A DNA stretch of 62,961 nt, filler included, from Conidiobolus incongruus B7586 (lineage: Eukaryota): NCBI GenBank assembly GCA_000697335.1. It is 18 parts of 18 records of this genome, joined end to end, with 100 filler letters (N's around TTAATTAATTAA, not from the genome) between each part and the next. Parts side by side here need not be neighbours in the genome. Positions count along the whole stretch, not along the records: positions 12,585 to 14,356 come from JNEM01003703.1; positions 14,457 to 15,692 come from JNEM01003704.1; positions 15,793 to 17,780 come from JNEM01003706.1; positions 17,881 to 19,076 come from JNEM01003707.1; positions 19,177 to 20,244 come from JNEM01003709.1; positions 20,345 to 21,875 come from JNEM01003710.1; positions 21,976 to 23,075 come from JNEM01003711.1; positions 23,176 to 29,133 come from JNEM01003713.1; 10 more parts are not named here. One strand, 5' to 3'. Below are positions 12,584 to 26,213 of the stretch, in pieces. Both the position numbers and the translations under genes were made by a program. The notes beneath the pieces were generated by a model that saw only the letters and a list, made by a program, of their open reading frames with translations, made no database searches and was not told the DNA's origin. The first letter of the stretch is position 1. The number at the start of each line of letters is the position of its first letter.

Positions 12584-14356
12584 NGAATATTATAAATTAA
12601 AATAATTTAAATAGTATTATTAATATACCTTTAAAAATATAAAATATATTAAAAAATTGAAATTTTATAAGTTTAATATTATTATAAAACTCTAATATTT
12701 ATAGTTCTATAGGTTTTGGGATAGCTAGAATTTATATTAGAATTTATATTATTGGAAGTCATTTTTATAAAAGAATAAAATATAAATTTTAACTATTTTA
12801 ATACTTTTAGAATTATAAATGATAGAATTTTATAATATGGTGATTTTATTAAAAATAATAAGTATATTAAATTTAATTCAAGAATATTTTTTAAAATATA
12901 AGAATTTACTAAAAAATAAAAAAATATGAAATTATTCTTAACCTAGTTAAAATTAAGATTTGATACTATAAATATAAATAATCAAAATAATTTGATTATA
13001 TTTTCTCAAAACCTGTCATTTAAAATAATATGTTGGTTAATTACTATTAAAAAAACTTTATAAAAAAATAAAAAAAATTTAAATAAAGATATTTTAATAA
13101 AATCTTATAACATAAAATATAAGACAAATTATTCTATATAACTTAAGAGAAAAATATTATATTTAAAGATTATCTAAAATATTTTAAGTTAGTAAATAGT
13201 AAATTAAAAGATAAATATTAGAAAAATATACTATATATTAAATTTATTAAATTATTAAAACTTATATTGAAGAATATAACCTAAATTAAATATTTTGATA
13301 AGCAAAATTAAGAAAGATTTTGTAAAAAGATAGAAAGTTAAATAAAACATATTAGTTTAATTAATATTTTAAAGAAAGATATAATTTATTTTATAAAAGA
13401 GGATAAAAAAATTATTTACTAAATATAAAACTTATATGTAAAAGATAACACAAAAGTTATAAATAAAAAAAAATCAAAAAAATATTATATATTAAATAAT
13501 AAGCTATTATCAAATAATATAAATTCTGTTAAAATTATTTAAAAAATAATAATCAAATAAGATAATATTTTAAATTAATAAAAAAGAAAAAGATTAATAA
13601 ATATAAAAATTATCATTAATTTAAATAAAGTCTTAGAATTTTTATAATAAATAAATAAAAAAAGCTAAAGGTAAAAATTAAAGAGATTTATAAAAGCTAT
13701 TAATTATAGCTATCTTAAAAAATTAATCTATTAGAGGTTAAGGAAAAACTAATTTTTAAGTAAATATAATTATAAGAAAAGATATAATTATTAAATAACT
13801 AATAATAGTTATAAATTAAAAAAAATAAATATTAAAGAAAGTTAATAAAAAAACAAGATTATTTCTTAAAGATATAAAAATAAAAGTTAATTTAAAAAAA
13901 ACATAGGAAAATTACAAATTAAATAAAAATAAGATATAATAATATTTTTTACTAAAATAAGTGATTTAACAGAATATATTTTAATAAAAAATAACTTTAA
14001 AGTTTTAAACTTATAATTTAAATAAGATTTATAAGTAATGATACCTATAGAAAAAACTAATCAAATTTTTTAAATTAAATACTTAATCAAAAAATATATA
14101 AATAAAGCTATGCTATTATTATATAAAGTAGAAAATTAAACTTAAATAAAAAAATCTATATTATATTTCCCTACTTAAATTAATAAAATTTTTGTGATTA
14201 TAATGTTAGATTTAAAATATATAAAAATAAAAATAATTAAAAATATTTTAAAAAACTATAATTGAAAGAAGAATTCACAGTATTAATATATATTAATAAT
14301 GTAAAAAGAAAAGAAACCACATTTAAGAGAATTTTTAAAAAATTAAAAATTAAAAA
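12584..14356 (+). mobile_element. Probable Ty3/Gypsy pol remnant (RT, RNase H, start of integrase), extremely hypermutated
   Basis: Degenerate motifs in Gypsy order and roughly correct spacing: LNSII (~12607), IYSSI (~12700), RIFFKI for MPFG (~12881), NQNNLIIFS for YxDDLIIFS (~12980), YFKLVN for FLGLVN (~13180), YKAINY...RLRKN*FLSKYNY for TDHK...RL.RW..FLSEYN (13685-13775), IKKYINK near the zinc finger (~14090), FVIIMLDL (~14190). Read by eye. Confidence 0.55.
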
Positions 14357-14485
14357 NNNNNNNNNNNNNNNNNNNNNNNNNNNNNNNNNNNNNNNNNNNN
14401 TTAATTAATTAANNNNNNNNNNNNNNNNNNNNNNNNNNNNNNNNNNNNNNNNNNNNATTATTAATCAAAGTTTTTATATCCTTTA

Positions 14486-15830
14486 TATTATTTATTTGTA
14501 ATTTAAATTATAAAATTATTTGGTAGTTAAAAGAAATAAAAATTTTAATAAATAATATTAAAAAAAATAAATATATAATATAAAATTAATAATTACCTTT
14601 ATATTTAATAATTTTTTACGACACTTTTAGCAAAATTCTAACCAAAACTGATATTTGATATTTTATAAATTAATTAAATTTTATTATAGAAATTTTCTCT
14701 CTTATAAGCTGGTTTTTTAATTACCTAAAATAATTATAATTATATAGGTTATAATCTAAAGAATATATTAAATATAATAGTTTTTTCCAGTTATTTTTTG
14801 ATTAAAATACTTTTTAAAACTTTTATTTTATATATTTTATAATTATTATCCAAAATAATAGATTTTCTAAAATTATATTAAGAATATCAATTAGAAATAC
14901 TTTTATTTAAAAGAGTAATATAAAGTTTATTATTAATTTATTTTCTTTAGAAATTAAATAAAAATAGGAAATAATATGATAATTTATTCTAATAATTAAT
15001 ATTTACTTATCAATATAAAATATATTTAAAAAAATCTATAAAAATAGTTAATTTTCTTTAATCTAACATCTTGATTTATATTTTGATATAGGATTATATA
15101 AAAAAATTAAGATTTATCAATTATAATAATTTGTTATAAAATTCTTGGTTTCTAGTTATATCTAATTAAATTTTATCTAATAATAGCTATTTTGGTTTTT
15201 TTTGAGTTTTAAATTAAATTATAATATATCTTTTTTATAATTTTATTTATTAATTTAAATTTAAATTTTAATATATATGGAATATTTATATAACTAATAT
15301 TAAAGTATTTTAATTATTCTCTAACTAAAATAAAAGGATATTCTTTAATATATTTTTTTATCTTATTAATATTTATACAAAAACTATTGCAATTAGTTTT
15401 TTAGATTATTAATAAATATTAGATAATTTCTTTCCTAATCTTAAAATAATATATTTAGCAATATATTGTTAATTTAGATGATATATTTTTTTTCAAAGTA
15501 ATTTATAAATTTTGAATAATTTTAGAGAATTTATAGTTTAGTTTTATTAATATTAAAATAAAAAACTATTGATGATTTTTATTTAATTTCAGTATAATTT
15601 AAATAAATAACTAATTTAAAAAATTATTTTTTTAATCAAGAAAATATTATATAAATATATTTATATATAATTAAAACTAAATATTTTCTTATNNNNNNNN
15701 NNNNNNNNNNNNNNNNNNNNNNNNNNNNNNNNNNNNTTAATTAATTAANNNNNNNNNNNNNNNNNNNNNNNNNNNNNNNNNNNNNNNNNNNNATTTAAAA
15801 ATTTCCCATTATTTTAAATTTAAGATAATA
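14486..15830 (-). mobile_element. Mariner copy interrupted by an assembly gap, hypermutated
   Basis: Colinear with 5386-6668 up to 15692. A TIR (atttcccattattttaaatttaagataata) resumes after the gap at ~15801-15830. Confidence 0.8.
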
Positions 15831-17880
15831 AATAATATTATAAGATAAAGTCTATAATTTTAACCTCAATCTTTTTTAATAAGTTAAATAATAATTATAA
15901 TAATTATGATGTTTTAATTAAATATCTTATATCTAATATCAATTCATATTAAATAACATTATTATAATGAAAGAAAGCACTTGTTTTATATTTATTTATC
16001 CTCTTTCATTTAAATATAATAAGTATAAAAATTATAATTTAATTTAACTCTCATATATTTATATGTTTCAAAACTATATATATATATGATTGATCTATAT
16101 TATTATAAATATAATTAAATTTCTTAATACAAGTTTTTTTTATAAATTTTAATTATATCTTTCTTAATGAATGATTATCAAAAATATATAATTTAATAAT
16201 ACTCTTATATTCAGAATATAATAATAATATATCTAAATAAGCTAAATCACGAAACTTAGTTAATTTTTATATTTGGATTTTTATTATTAAAATATAATAT
16301 AATCAAAGAGGAATAGTTTTATAATAATATTGAGTTATTATCATTATTATTTACAATAACCTCTTTATAATTATTATACGGAATAATGAAAAATAACTGT
16401 TACAAGATAATTTTTATTAACTTTGGAAAATTAATTTCAATATAAAATCAATTTTTCAATTTAAAAGGAAGGTTTAATTAGTAAATAAAATTTTTCTCAG
16501 ATTGAAATTTAAAACTATATTTTAATAATTACACTATTATTTTTATTAATTCTTTAATGATGATAATCAATGTATATGACTAAAATAATATGACTTTATT
16601 TGAGTAAGTAAAAATTGAAATGATTTATTGTTTAAAAAAATAATATATTTGAATACTATGCATATTTTAATTAATTAGTTGCTCAGATGTTATAATTGAT
16701 GAGTTTATTCAAAAACATATCATAAATGTTTAATATTATTTTATTATAATTTCAATAATAATCTTATCTTTTTACTATCAAGTTTTTAATTCATATTTTG
16801 CTTATATTTATTTTTTTAAAATAATAAAATATAGCTATAAAATCAAGTGAATCGTAATTATTATTTATTTATTTATCTATTTAATATTATCTAAAGTATT
16901 AATAACGTGCTACCAAAAAACTCAATAACATGTATATTTTTATAAATTTTCAAAATTTTATATTTTGATAATACAAAACCAAAATTAAATTAATAACTTA
17001 CAAATTAAGTATAATTTCATGATAAATGTTTTTTAGTTATATAATAAATTTAATATGATTTAAATAGTTTTCAAAAAAAAATTTATTTGATAAAGTTTTT
17101 TCAATTGAATTTCAACTTAAATTATTATAATCATAGAATTTTGATCATAAAATTTAATATAAATATTAAATATTGAATAATTAATTAATTTATTCAGGAT
17201 ATTTTTAATATTTAAAATATTGATTGCAAAAGTTAAAATTGTTGATAAATTGATTTGAAAAATTATATATGATATTATATTTTGACCATTATATTAAAGC
17301 CTATAATTATAATTTGAAATTTTATTTATCAATCAAATAGCTTTATTATTCTGATATTTTTTGAAATAATTAAAATTCATATATAAAGATTGAAAATAAT
17401 TACTTAAAATAAGTTTTCATTAAAAATAGATATAATACCTTACTTTTAATATAATTTCCTTAAATAAAATAATAAAGTTTGGGATTAATAAATATTATTA
17501 AAGAATAATATATAATGTATATAAAAATTTATAATATTGATCAAAAATTTATATTGTTAGATTTTATATTAGGTCAATTATATTTAATTTGGAGAATTGC
17601 TAAAATAAAAAAATCAAAATAAAAAATATTTATGTTTAAGAATTTAACCTATTAAATTTAAATAGCTTATAATTTTATTTTTTAAATTTTATTCCTTTTT
17701 ATAATAATTTAATTAATTAAATATAAAATCTGATATATATTTTATTTAAAATCATTATATTTATTGAATAAACTATCCTANNNNNNNNNNNNNNNNNNNN
17801 NNNNNNNNNNNNNNNNNNNNNNNNTTAATTAATTAANNNNNNNNNNNNNNNNNNNNNNNNNNNNNNNNNNNNNNNNNNNN

Positions 17881-19070
17881 CAAATATATATATTTAATAT
17901 TTTTTTGATTAAAAGAATAATTTTTTAAAATTAATCATTTATTTAATTATATTTAATTTAAATAAGAATGATTAAATTTTTTTCTATTTTAGTATTAATA
18001 AAACTAAGCTATAAACTTTTTAGAATTATTTAAAATTTATAAATAGCTTTTGGTAATAAAATATTATCTAAATCAACAATTTATTATTTAATAAATTATT
18101 TTAAGATTAAGAAAAAAACTATCCAAAATTTGTTAAAATTTAAAAAATTAATATTATTTATTGCTTTTTTGATTATTAATAAAATGAAAAAATATATTAA
18201 AAAACACTTTTATTTTAGTTAATGAATTATCAAGAAAATTTAATATTAGTTACATAAATATTTTATATATATTAAAATTTAAATTAAAATTAATAAATAA
18301 AAATATAAAATAAATATATTATAATTTAACTGAATCTTAAAAAAAGTTAAAAAAACTATTACTAAATAAAATTTACTAAAGTATAATTAAAAACTAAAGT
18401 TTTTATATTAAATTACTATAATTAATCAATCTTAGATCTTTTTATATATTTTTTTATTAAAATATAAATTAAAAGGTTAGATTATATTAAATTAACCCCT
18501 TTTATAAATTATTTTAAATAAATATTTTATTAATAAATAAATGTTGATTATTATAATAAATTATAATAACAAATGGTATTCTTATTTAGTTACTAAAGAA
18601 AAATCAATTAATAATAAACTTTATATTGTTTTTTTAAATAAAACTATTTTTAGTTGGTATTTTCAATATAATTAAAAAAAAACCTATTATTTTACATAAT
18701 AATTATAAAATATATAAAGTTAAGATTATAAAAAATTTCCTAATTAAAAAATAACTGGAAAAAACTACCATATCTAGTATATTTTTTAAATTATAACTTA
18801 TGTCATTATAATTGTTTTAAGCAATTAAAAAATTATCTATTAAGAAAAAAATTTTTGCAAGAAAATTCAATTAATTTTTAAAATATCAAATTTTATTCTT
18901 TAATAAAAAAACAATTTTTTAAGTGTTAAAACTTTGCTAAAAATATAAAAAAATTAAAAATAAAAGAAACTATTAATTCTATATTATATATTTTTTTATT
19001 TTATATATATCAAAGTATTTAATTTTTTTCAATTATAAAAAATTCCTATTATTTCAAATACAAAGTAATA
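17881..19070 (+). mobile_element. Mariner copy with 3' TIR, hypermutated
   Basis: Reads KPIILHNNYKI...NNWKKLPYLVYFLNYNLCHYNCF around 18680-18820. Ends ttcctattatttcaaatacaaagtaaTA. Confidence 0.88.
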
Positions 19071-19176
19071 TATAATNNNNNNNNNNNNNNNNNNNNNNNN
19101 NNNNNNNNNNNNNNNNNNNNTTAATTAATTAANNNNNNNNNNNNNNNNNNNNNNNNNNNNNNNNNNNNNNNNNNNN

Positions 19177-20243
19177 ATATATTTTTAATAAAGATCTAAT
19201 ATTAAAAAACAATTCTTTTTATTAAAGACTAAAATTTGATGTTTTATAAATTAATTAAATTTTCCTATAGAAATAGTTATTTTTATATACTGATTTTTTA
19301 ATTTCTTGAACCAATTATAATTATATAAATTATAATCTAAAGAATACATTAGATATAATAGTTTTTTCCAGTTATTTTTAATTAGAAAGTTTTTTATAAC
19401 TTTGAATTTATATATTTTATAATTATGATATAAAATAATCAATCTTAAATTATATTGAGAATACTAATTTAAAATAGTTTTATTTAAAAAAATATATAAA
19501 GTTTATTATTAATTGATTTTCTTTTAAGAACTAAATAAAAATAACATATTCTATTATAATCTATTATAATAATTAATATTCATTTATTAATAAAATATTT
19601 ATTTAAAAGAATCTATAAAAAGGGTTGATTTAACTTAGTCTAATACTTTGATATATGTTTTAATAAAAGATCATACAAAAAAACTTATGATTTATTAATT
19701 ATAATAGTTTATTATAAAAGCTTTAGTTTCTAGCTATATCTTAGTAAATTTTTTTTAATAACAGCTATTTTAACTTTTTTTTAAGTTTTAATTAAATTAT
19801 AAAATACCTATTTTATATTTTTATTAATTAATTTTAATTTAAACTTTAATATATATATATATATAATACTTATGTAACTAATATTAAAATATCCTGATAA
19901 TTCTTTAGCTAAATTAAAATAGTATTTTTCAATATATTATTTTATTTTATTAATAATTAAAAGGGTAATAGTTAGAATTAGTCTTTTAGATTTTAATAGG
20001 TTTTAGATAGATTCTCTCTTAATCTTAAAATAATTTACTTAATAATAAATTGTTGATTTAGATAATATTTAATTATTAAAAGTTGTTTATAAATTTTAAA
20101 TGATTTTAGAGGGTTTATAGTTAAGTTTTATTAATACTAAAATTAAAAACATTTGATAAATATTATTTAGTTTAAGTATATTTAAATTATATAATTAATT
20201 TTAAAAAATTATTTTTTTTAATCAAAAAATTATTATTATTATT
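19177..20243 (-). mobile_element. Mariner copy (internal part), hypermutated; includes ORF 19251..19442
   Basis: The ORF-track peptide IILYHNYKIYKFKVIKNFLIKNNWKKLLYLMYSLDYNLYNY is the mutated LHDN...W..LPHPxYSPDxxPxD region. Confidence 0.88.
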
Positions 20244-20344
20244 ANNNNNNNNNNNNNNNNNNNNNNNNNNNNNNNNNNNNNNNNNNNNTTAATTAATTAA
20301 NNNNNNNNNNNNNNNNNNNNNNNNNNNNNNNNNNNNNNNNNNNN

Positions 20345-21875
20345 TTTTATATATTTAATATATATATTCTTTTATGAATATATAAATAGTAATTCTGTAA
20401 TTTTATTTTTATAAAATTTACTATATATTTTTAAAAAATATTTAATTATTAATAAGAAATTATTGATTTTTAACTTTATATCCATTATTATAATATTTGA
20501 ATGAAATATGTTTATTTCTATTTTTTTGTTAATTTTTATATTTTATCGTAAAATTATTTAATAATATTACTAATATATCACTATATATGAAAAAAATAAC
20601 TTTTAAATTATTTTTGATCTTTTAAAATCATATTTATATTTATCATTGATTATAGTTTCAATTCCAATATATGGTATGATATTATATGCTCTTATATCAA
20701 TTATTTATCATTTATTGGTTTTAAATAAGAAGTATATTAATTAGCTTATAAATGTTTTCAATATTTTATTTTTTAAACTATTATTTCATATTTTATTTAT
20801 AAATCAATTATTATTTAAATTTGATATTAGCAGATTATAAATATTCCAATTTATATATTATTTTGACTATTTTTTTCAATTATTATATTGGTTGTAATAA
20901 TATTGAAAAATATTATCAATATTAGATTAAAGTTTGTTGATAATATATTTTAATTTTATTTAACTAATTTATTAATTATATTATAAAATAATGTTGTTAA
21001 TAGATTTTTATAAATATTATGATTTTTTTAAATATTTAATTTTCATTTATAATATTAAACAAGATATGGTATATATCCTAATAATTTTTAAAATTATTAA
21101 ATTCAATTTAAATATCATTTTTTAATATAAAATATATTTATAGATAATTTATTTTAATAATTTAATTTTATTTTAAAATTATTAATATTTTATTTATTTT
21201 AAATTTATTAATATCAAATTTTTTGAGTTTTTTTATTTTATTATATTAATTAATATTTTTAAGTTAGATTATATGTTATATATGTCATTTTGCCTGTTAA
21301 ACCTATTTTTTGATTTATTTATCAAATATTAACCTATGTTTTAATTTGAATATTTTAAACTCACTTTGAGTTATATTCCTTGGTTATATTTTCATGTTTT
21401 TTCTATTATATATCTATATTAACGTAGCAAAACTAAGATTAATATTTTATGGACATAATTCAAATTTTTGAATATTATTTTTTTGATAATTATATAAAAA
21501 TATATAAGTATGGGGTTTTGCAATAATATGCGTTATTCTAATATTTAATTACTTTTTTATATAATTTATAATAAAAGGAATAAATAATTGAGCTATTGCA
21601 ATGGAATATATTTACATCAATTTATTTTTATATTTAGTAAATATAAATTAATTTTCCTATAATTTTATCTTAATTCCATTTTAAAATATTTTTTATTTAT
21701 ATTATTTTTATCTATATATTATAATAATTAATAAAATTATCTTATTTTTACTTTATTTAAAAAATTAATCTTAATAAGGTTTGTTATTTTATTAATATTA
21801 TTTTATATCCCTAAAAATAATATAAACTTTTTAAAAATATTTTAATATTTTAAAAAAAATTTATATTTTTGAATT
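20345..21875 (-). mobile_element. Possible second Ty3/Gypsy pol remnant, extremely degraded
   Basis: Minus-strand ghosts in Gypsy order: FLG-like (~21810), LQNPIL (~21515), KFELCP*NINLSFATLI for F.L.TDAS..GAVL (~21450), YNLT*KILINI for NY...EKELLAI (~21260), RAYNIIPYIGIETII for the H..H.G.E.T zinc finger (~20670), NIIIMDI (~20485). Strong strand skew. Read by eye. Confidence 0.4.
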
Positions 21876-21975
21876 NNNNNNNNNNNNNNNNNNNNNNNNN
21901 NNNNNNNNNNNNNNNNNNNTTAATTAATTAANNNNNNNNNNNNNNNNNNNNNNNNNNNNNNNNNNNNNNNNNNNN

Positions 21976-23075
21976 TTTTTCCAATTAAAAATAAATAAAT
22001 ATTTTAATATATAATATATAAAAATAAACATAAAATATAAATTTAATATTTTTTTTGTTATTGATAACTTTTTACTATAATTTTAATAAAGATCTAATAT
22101 TTAAAAAACAGTTCTTTTTATTAAAGACTAAAATTTGATATTTCACAAATCAATTAAATTTTTTTATAAAAATTTTCTTTTTTATAAGCTAGTTTTTTAA
22201 TAACTTAAAGCAATTATAATCACTTAGGTAATAATCTAAAAAATATACTAAATGTGGTAGTTTTTTCCAGTTAATTTTAATTAGAAAATTTTTTATAATT
22301 TTAGATTTATATATTTTATAATTATCATGCAAAATAATAGGTTTTCTCATATTATATTGAAAACACTAATTATAAATAATTTTATTTAAAAATGCAATAT
22401 AGAGTTTATTATTAATTGATTTTCATTTAAGAACTAAATAAAAGTAATATATATTATTATAGTCAATTATAATAATAAATATCTATTTATTAACAAAATA
22501 TTTACTTATTAACAAAATATTTATTTAAAAAAATTGATAGAAAAGGATGATTTAACTTAATCTAGTATCTTGATTTGTATTTTAGTAAAAGATTATATAT
22601 AAAGATTTAAGATTCATTAATCAAAATTATTTACTATAATAATTTAAGATTCTAGTAATATTTTAGTAAGTTTTGTTTAATAATAACTACTCTAGCTTTT
22701 TTTAAGCTTTAGTTAAATTATAAGATACTTATTTTATATTTTTATTGATTAGTTTAAATTTAAACTTTAATATATATAAAATACTTATAAAACTAATATT
22801 AAAATACATAGATAATTCTTTAGCTAAATAAATAAATTCTTTTCAATATATTTTTTTACTTTATTAATAATTAAAAGAGTGATAATTAAAGTTAATTTTT
22901 TAAATCTCAATAAGTTTTAAATAATTTTTTTTAGCTTTAAAGTAATTTACTTAATAATAAATAACTGATTTAGATAATATTTTATTACTAAAAGCTACTT
23001 ATAGATTTTAAATAATTTTAAAAGGTTTATAGTTAAGTTGTACTAATATTATAATAAAAGACTTTTGATGATTAT
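21976..23075 (-). mobile_element. Mariner copy, hypermutated, both ends lost in gaps
   Basis: The minus strand retains KPIILHDNYK (ttgcatgataat, ~22321-22332) and NWKKLPHLVY (~22250-22273). It is one of the copies that keeps the ancestral D and H codons. Confidence 0.9.
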
Positions 23076-23857
23076 NNNNNNNNNNNNNNNNNNNNNNNNN
23101 NNNNNNNNNNNNNNNNNNNTTAATTAATTAANNNNNNNNNNNNNNNNNNNNNNNNNNNNNNNNNNNNNNNNNNNNTATATATATATATATATATATATAT
23201 CAATATTTTTCTAGATTTTATAAATAAAAATAATTTTATGACTTTGTAAATGTTTTTTGATAATATAATTAACTATTATATAATTTATTTTTTGAATTTT
23301 TCAAATTTTTGAATTATATAATTTTAACATTAATTATTTTATCCATATTTTGTGATTTAATAATTGATTGAATAAATAAATTAAATTTTATAATTCATTA
23401 ATTATTTGAAAAAATCTAATAGTTTATATATAAAGATGAAATTTTTTAAAATATATTAATTTTTCAACTAATTTTTTTCAATTTCTAAATATATTTATAT
23501 ATGTCAATAAGAAATTTTATATGTATTAAATAAATAAAATAAAATTTTAGATCATAAATTTGGGTAATGAAAATTATACTTTTCGAAAAAAAATAGAACT
23601 GAATTTATATTATGAAGGATATAAAATAAATGTTAATAACTATAAATTTGTATTTTTTAAATATTAAATTAATTTTTATGCCAAAACCAATTGTTCAATA
23701 TTATTTTAATTCTAAAAAAAAAAGAGTGACAAAAATGATTAAAAAATCATCCCATAATCTTAAATTCTGAAAGATTCGATAATAAATTCAATCAATTACT
23801 AATCAAACCGATTTGAATCCATAAAAACTATCCCTAAAAACTATTAAAACAATATAA

Positions 23858-26213
23858 ATGATATTACTACAACATCTAACTCCAAAATTGAGAATATTTC
23901 AGAGTTTAAAATGGATTCAAATTAGATTGAAGCATGAACTGAGACCTTACCAAAAGGAATGTATTGACAGCTGTTTAAAACATTATTACGAATTGGGATT
24001 TAAAAGGTTGATGGTATCTTTACCAGTAGGTAATCAAATTCAAACAAAATAAGAATATTTTATTAACAATTGACTAGGTAGTGGTAAAACGGTAAATCTC
24101 CCAATTAAATCAAATTCCTAATAGCATTAATAATTATTTTCAAGGTTGTAATGACGCGTCTGATCTCTCAAATCCACAATCCTTCCCCTACACAATGTAA
24201 AATTTTGATATTAGCGCACCGAGAGGAATTACTTCAACAAATTCAAATTCAATTATCTCACACTAATCCTGATTGGGTAAATTTAGTATTTATTAAATAT
24301 AATGGAATATTTATCATTACATGATAGAAAATTGTTACCAAACGCGACGCTAAGGTGGGGGAAGATTATGACATATTGATTAACAGTGTCCAAAGTCTAG
24401 GACGTAATAACAGCCCCAAACTCCAAAGTTTAAATCCTAAAGAATTTAAATTGGTTATAATTGACGAAGTAAGTCTTTTAGCCAGTTTTTAATACATAAT
24501 ATTAATTAAATTTCAGGCCCATCACGCTAATGCCAGTACCTATACCAACATTTTGAAGCATTTCAATTTGCTAGACTCCGAAACTCTAAAATCCTCTAAC
24601 GTGCCACTTTTATGGGGATGTACAGCAACGGTAAAACGTCATGATTCCAAAGGCTTGCACCCAATCTTCGACAAAATTGTTTACCATTTAAATTGGTTAG
24701 ACATGGTCCAACAAGGATGGTAATTGACACCTAATCCCATTTCTATCCATATTAATTGTTAAGTAGGCTATGTCAACCCAAACCTCAAATCATTCCTACT
24801 AAGTTTCAACTAAAAAAAATAGGAAATTTAATGGGTGATTTTAATTTAAAACAATTGTCAGAATCAATTAATCATCCAGTGAGGAATGAGTTGATTGTGG
24901 ATTATTATCAGAAATTGGCTAGTAACTCATATTTTTCTATATATTTTAACTGATATTGATGATTTTCAGGTGATAGATTGTGTACTCTAGTATTCGCTTG
25001 TGATTTGAATCACGTTCACGATTTACAGCAGGCATTTTTGAATAGAGGAATAAAAGCTTTTACTATAAGTGGTAAAACTAATTCCAAGGTTAGGAAACAG
25101 CTAATAGATGATATGAGATTGGGTAAAATTAAAGTGATGATCAATTGTGGTAATTTATAAATTATAATTATTTTAATAATCTTTTAATGTTTGGAATTGT
25201 TTAGGAATTATGACAGAGGGAACAGGTAATTAAAAATCTAAATTAATATAATATTTTTATTGATTATATAGATGTTCCAATTATCGATTGTATCATTATG
25301 GCACGACCTACCCAAAGCACACCTCTATACATCCAAATGCTAGGAAGAGGACTCCGATGCCATCCGTCCAAACAAGACTGTCTCGTTTTAGATTTCGTCG
25401 ACAATTACAAAAACAAAACATTAGTGTGTACAGCTCCTAATCTCCTGGGATGGTCCGAATCCACATCTTCTGCTCAAAAATTCCAGGAACGTTTGCGAGA
25501 TTTTCAACGTACATTAAACACATCGCCCACAAATCAGCTCAATCTCAAACAATTTTACGAATTTATCAAATCAGAACTGATGCAGTGGGATGAAAATATT
25601 CAAAATCAGTTTAATATTAAATACTCGAGTTTATCCCAATTTGTGAAGGATAGTGACTTAGTATGGTTAAGCAACAACCATTATAATTATTATTTGAATT
25701 TAAGTCATTCAACTATAAAAATTGATTTAAGTGACGACGGTAACATAATTTAAACTCAATCATATCTCATATAATACTAATTTCATGTTAGGTTATTTCA
25801 TACCTTCAATGCAATTCCGAATCCCATCCCCATCATCCAATTTCAAAGTTTACACTAGTTACAACCCTTTACCAATCCGCACAAAACATTTAACATCTAC
25901 AATGCTTTTGACAGAACTCTATCTCCTCAAGCACTACCCCAAGAAGTACAGATACGCGTTGAAGTTAGCACCTTGGCGACGTCAGCCTATCACTCGGCAT
26001 CAGTTGACATTCGTCAGTAATTATTTAATGAAGAATAAGGAGTTAATTGGTGAGATATTACCATTGCCACAACTTGAAGACAAATTGTTGAAGGAGAGAA
26101 TTCAATTAGAATTGAAATTACAGTTTAATAAGGGCCAATTGAATGATTTTATATTTTTAATTAAATTGAATGGTTTAAAATTGTTATTAAACCAGCTTTG
26201 TCATCTTAAATAA
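23858..26213 (+). CDS. IRC3: Irc3-like DExH-box superfamily-2 helicase, probably mitochondrial; multi-exon
   Basis: Spliced by eye: LRPYQKECI, VSLPVG|SGKT|VVM, LILAHREELLQQ, SVQSLGR, LVIIDE|AHHA, LWGCTATVKRHD, TLVFA, NCG|IMTEGT|DVPIIDCIIMARPTQS..LYIQMLGRGLR..PSKQDCLVLDFVD, and C-terminal APWRRQPIT..QL. Basic, acid-poor N-terminus. About 9 GT-AG introns of ~45-60 nt. Confidence 0.88.

Noticed and set aside
22480..22525. ~19-bp tandem duplication (ttattaacaaaatattta) inside a mariner copy
   Set aside because: Private slippage event in a dead element.
23176..23200. (TA)n runs here and at ~10827, ~40765 and ~41828
   Set aside because: Ordinary microsatellites expected at this AT content.
23858..26213. 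Five separate plus-strand ORFs in the track
   Set aside because: They are exons of one Irc3-like gene.
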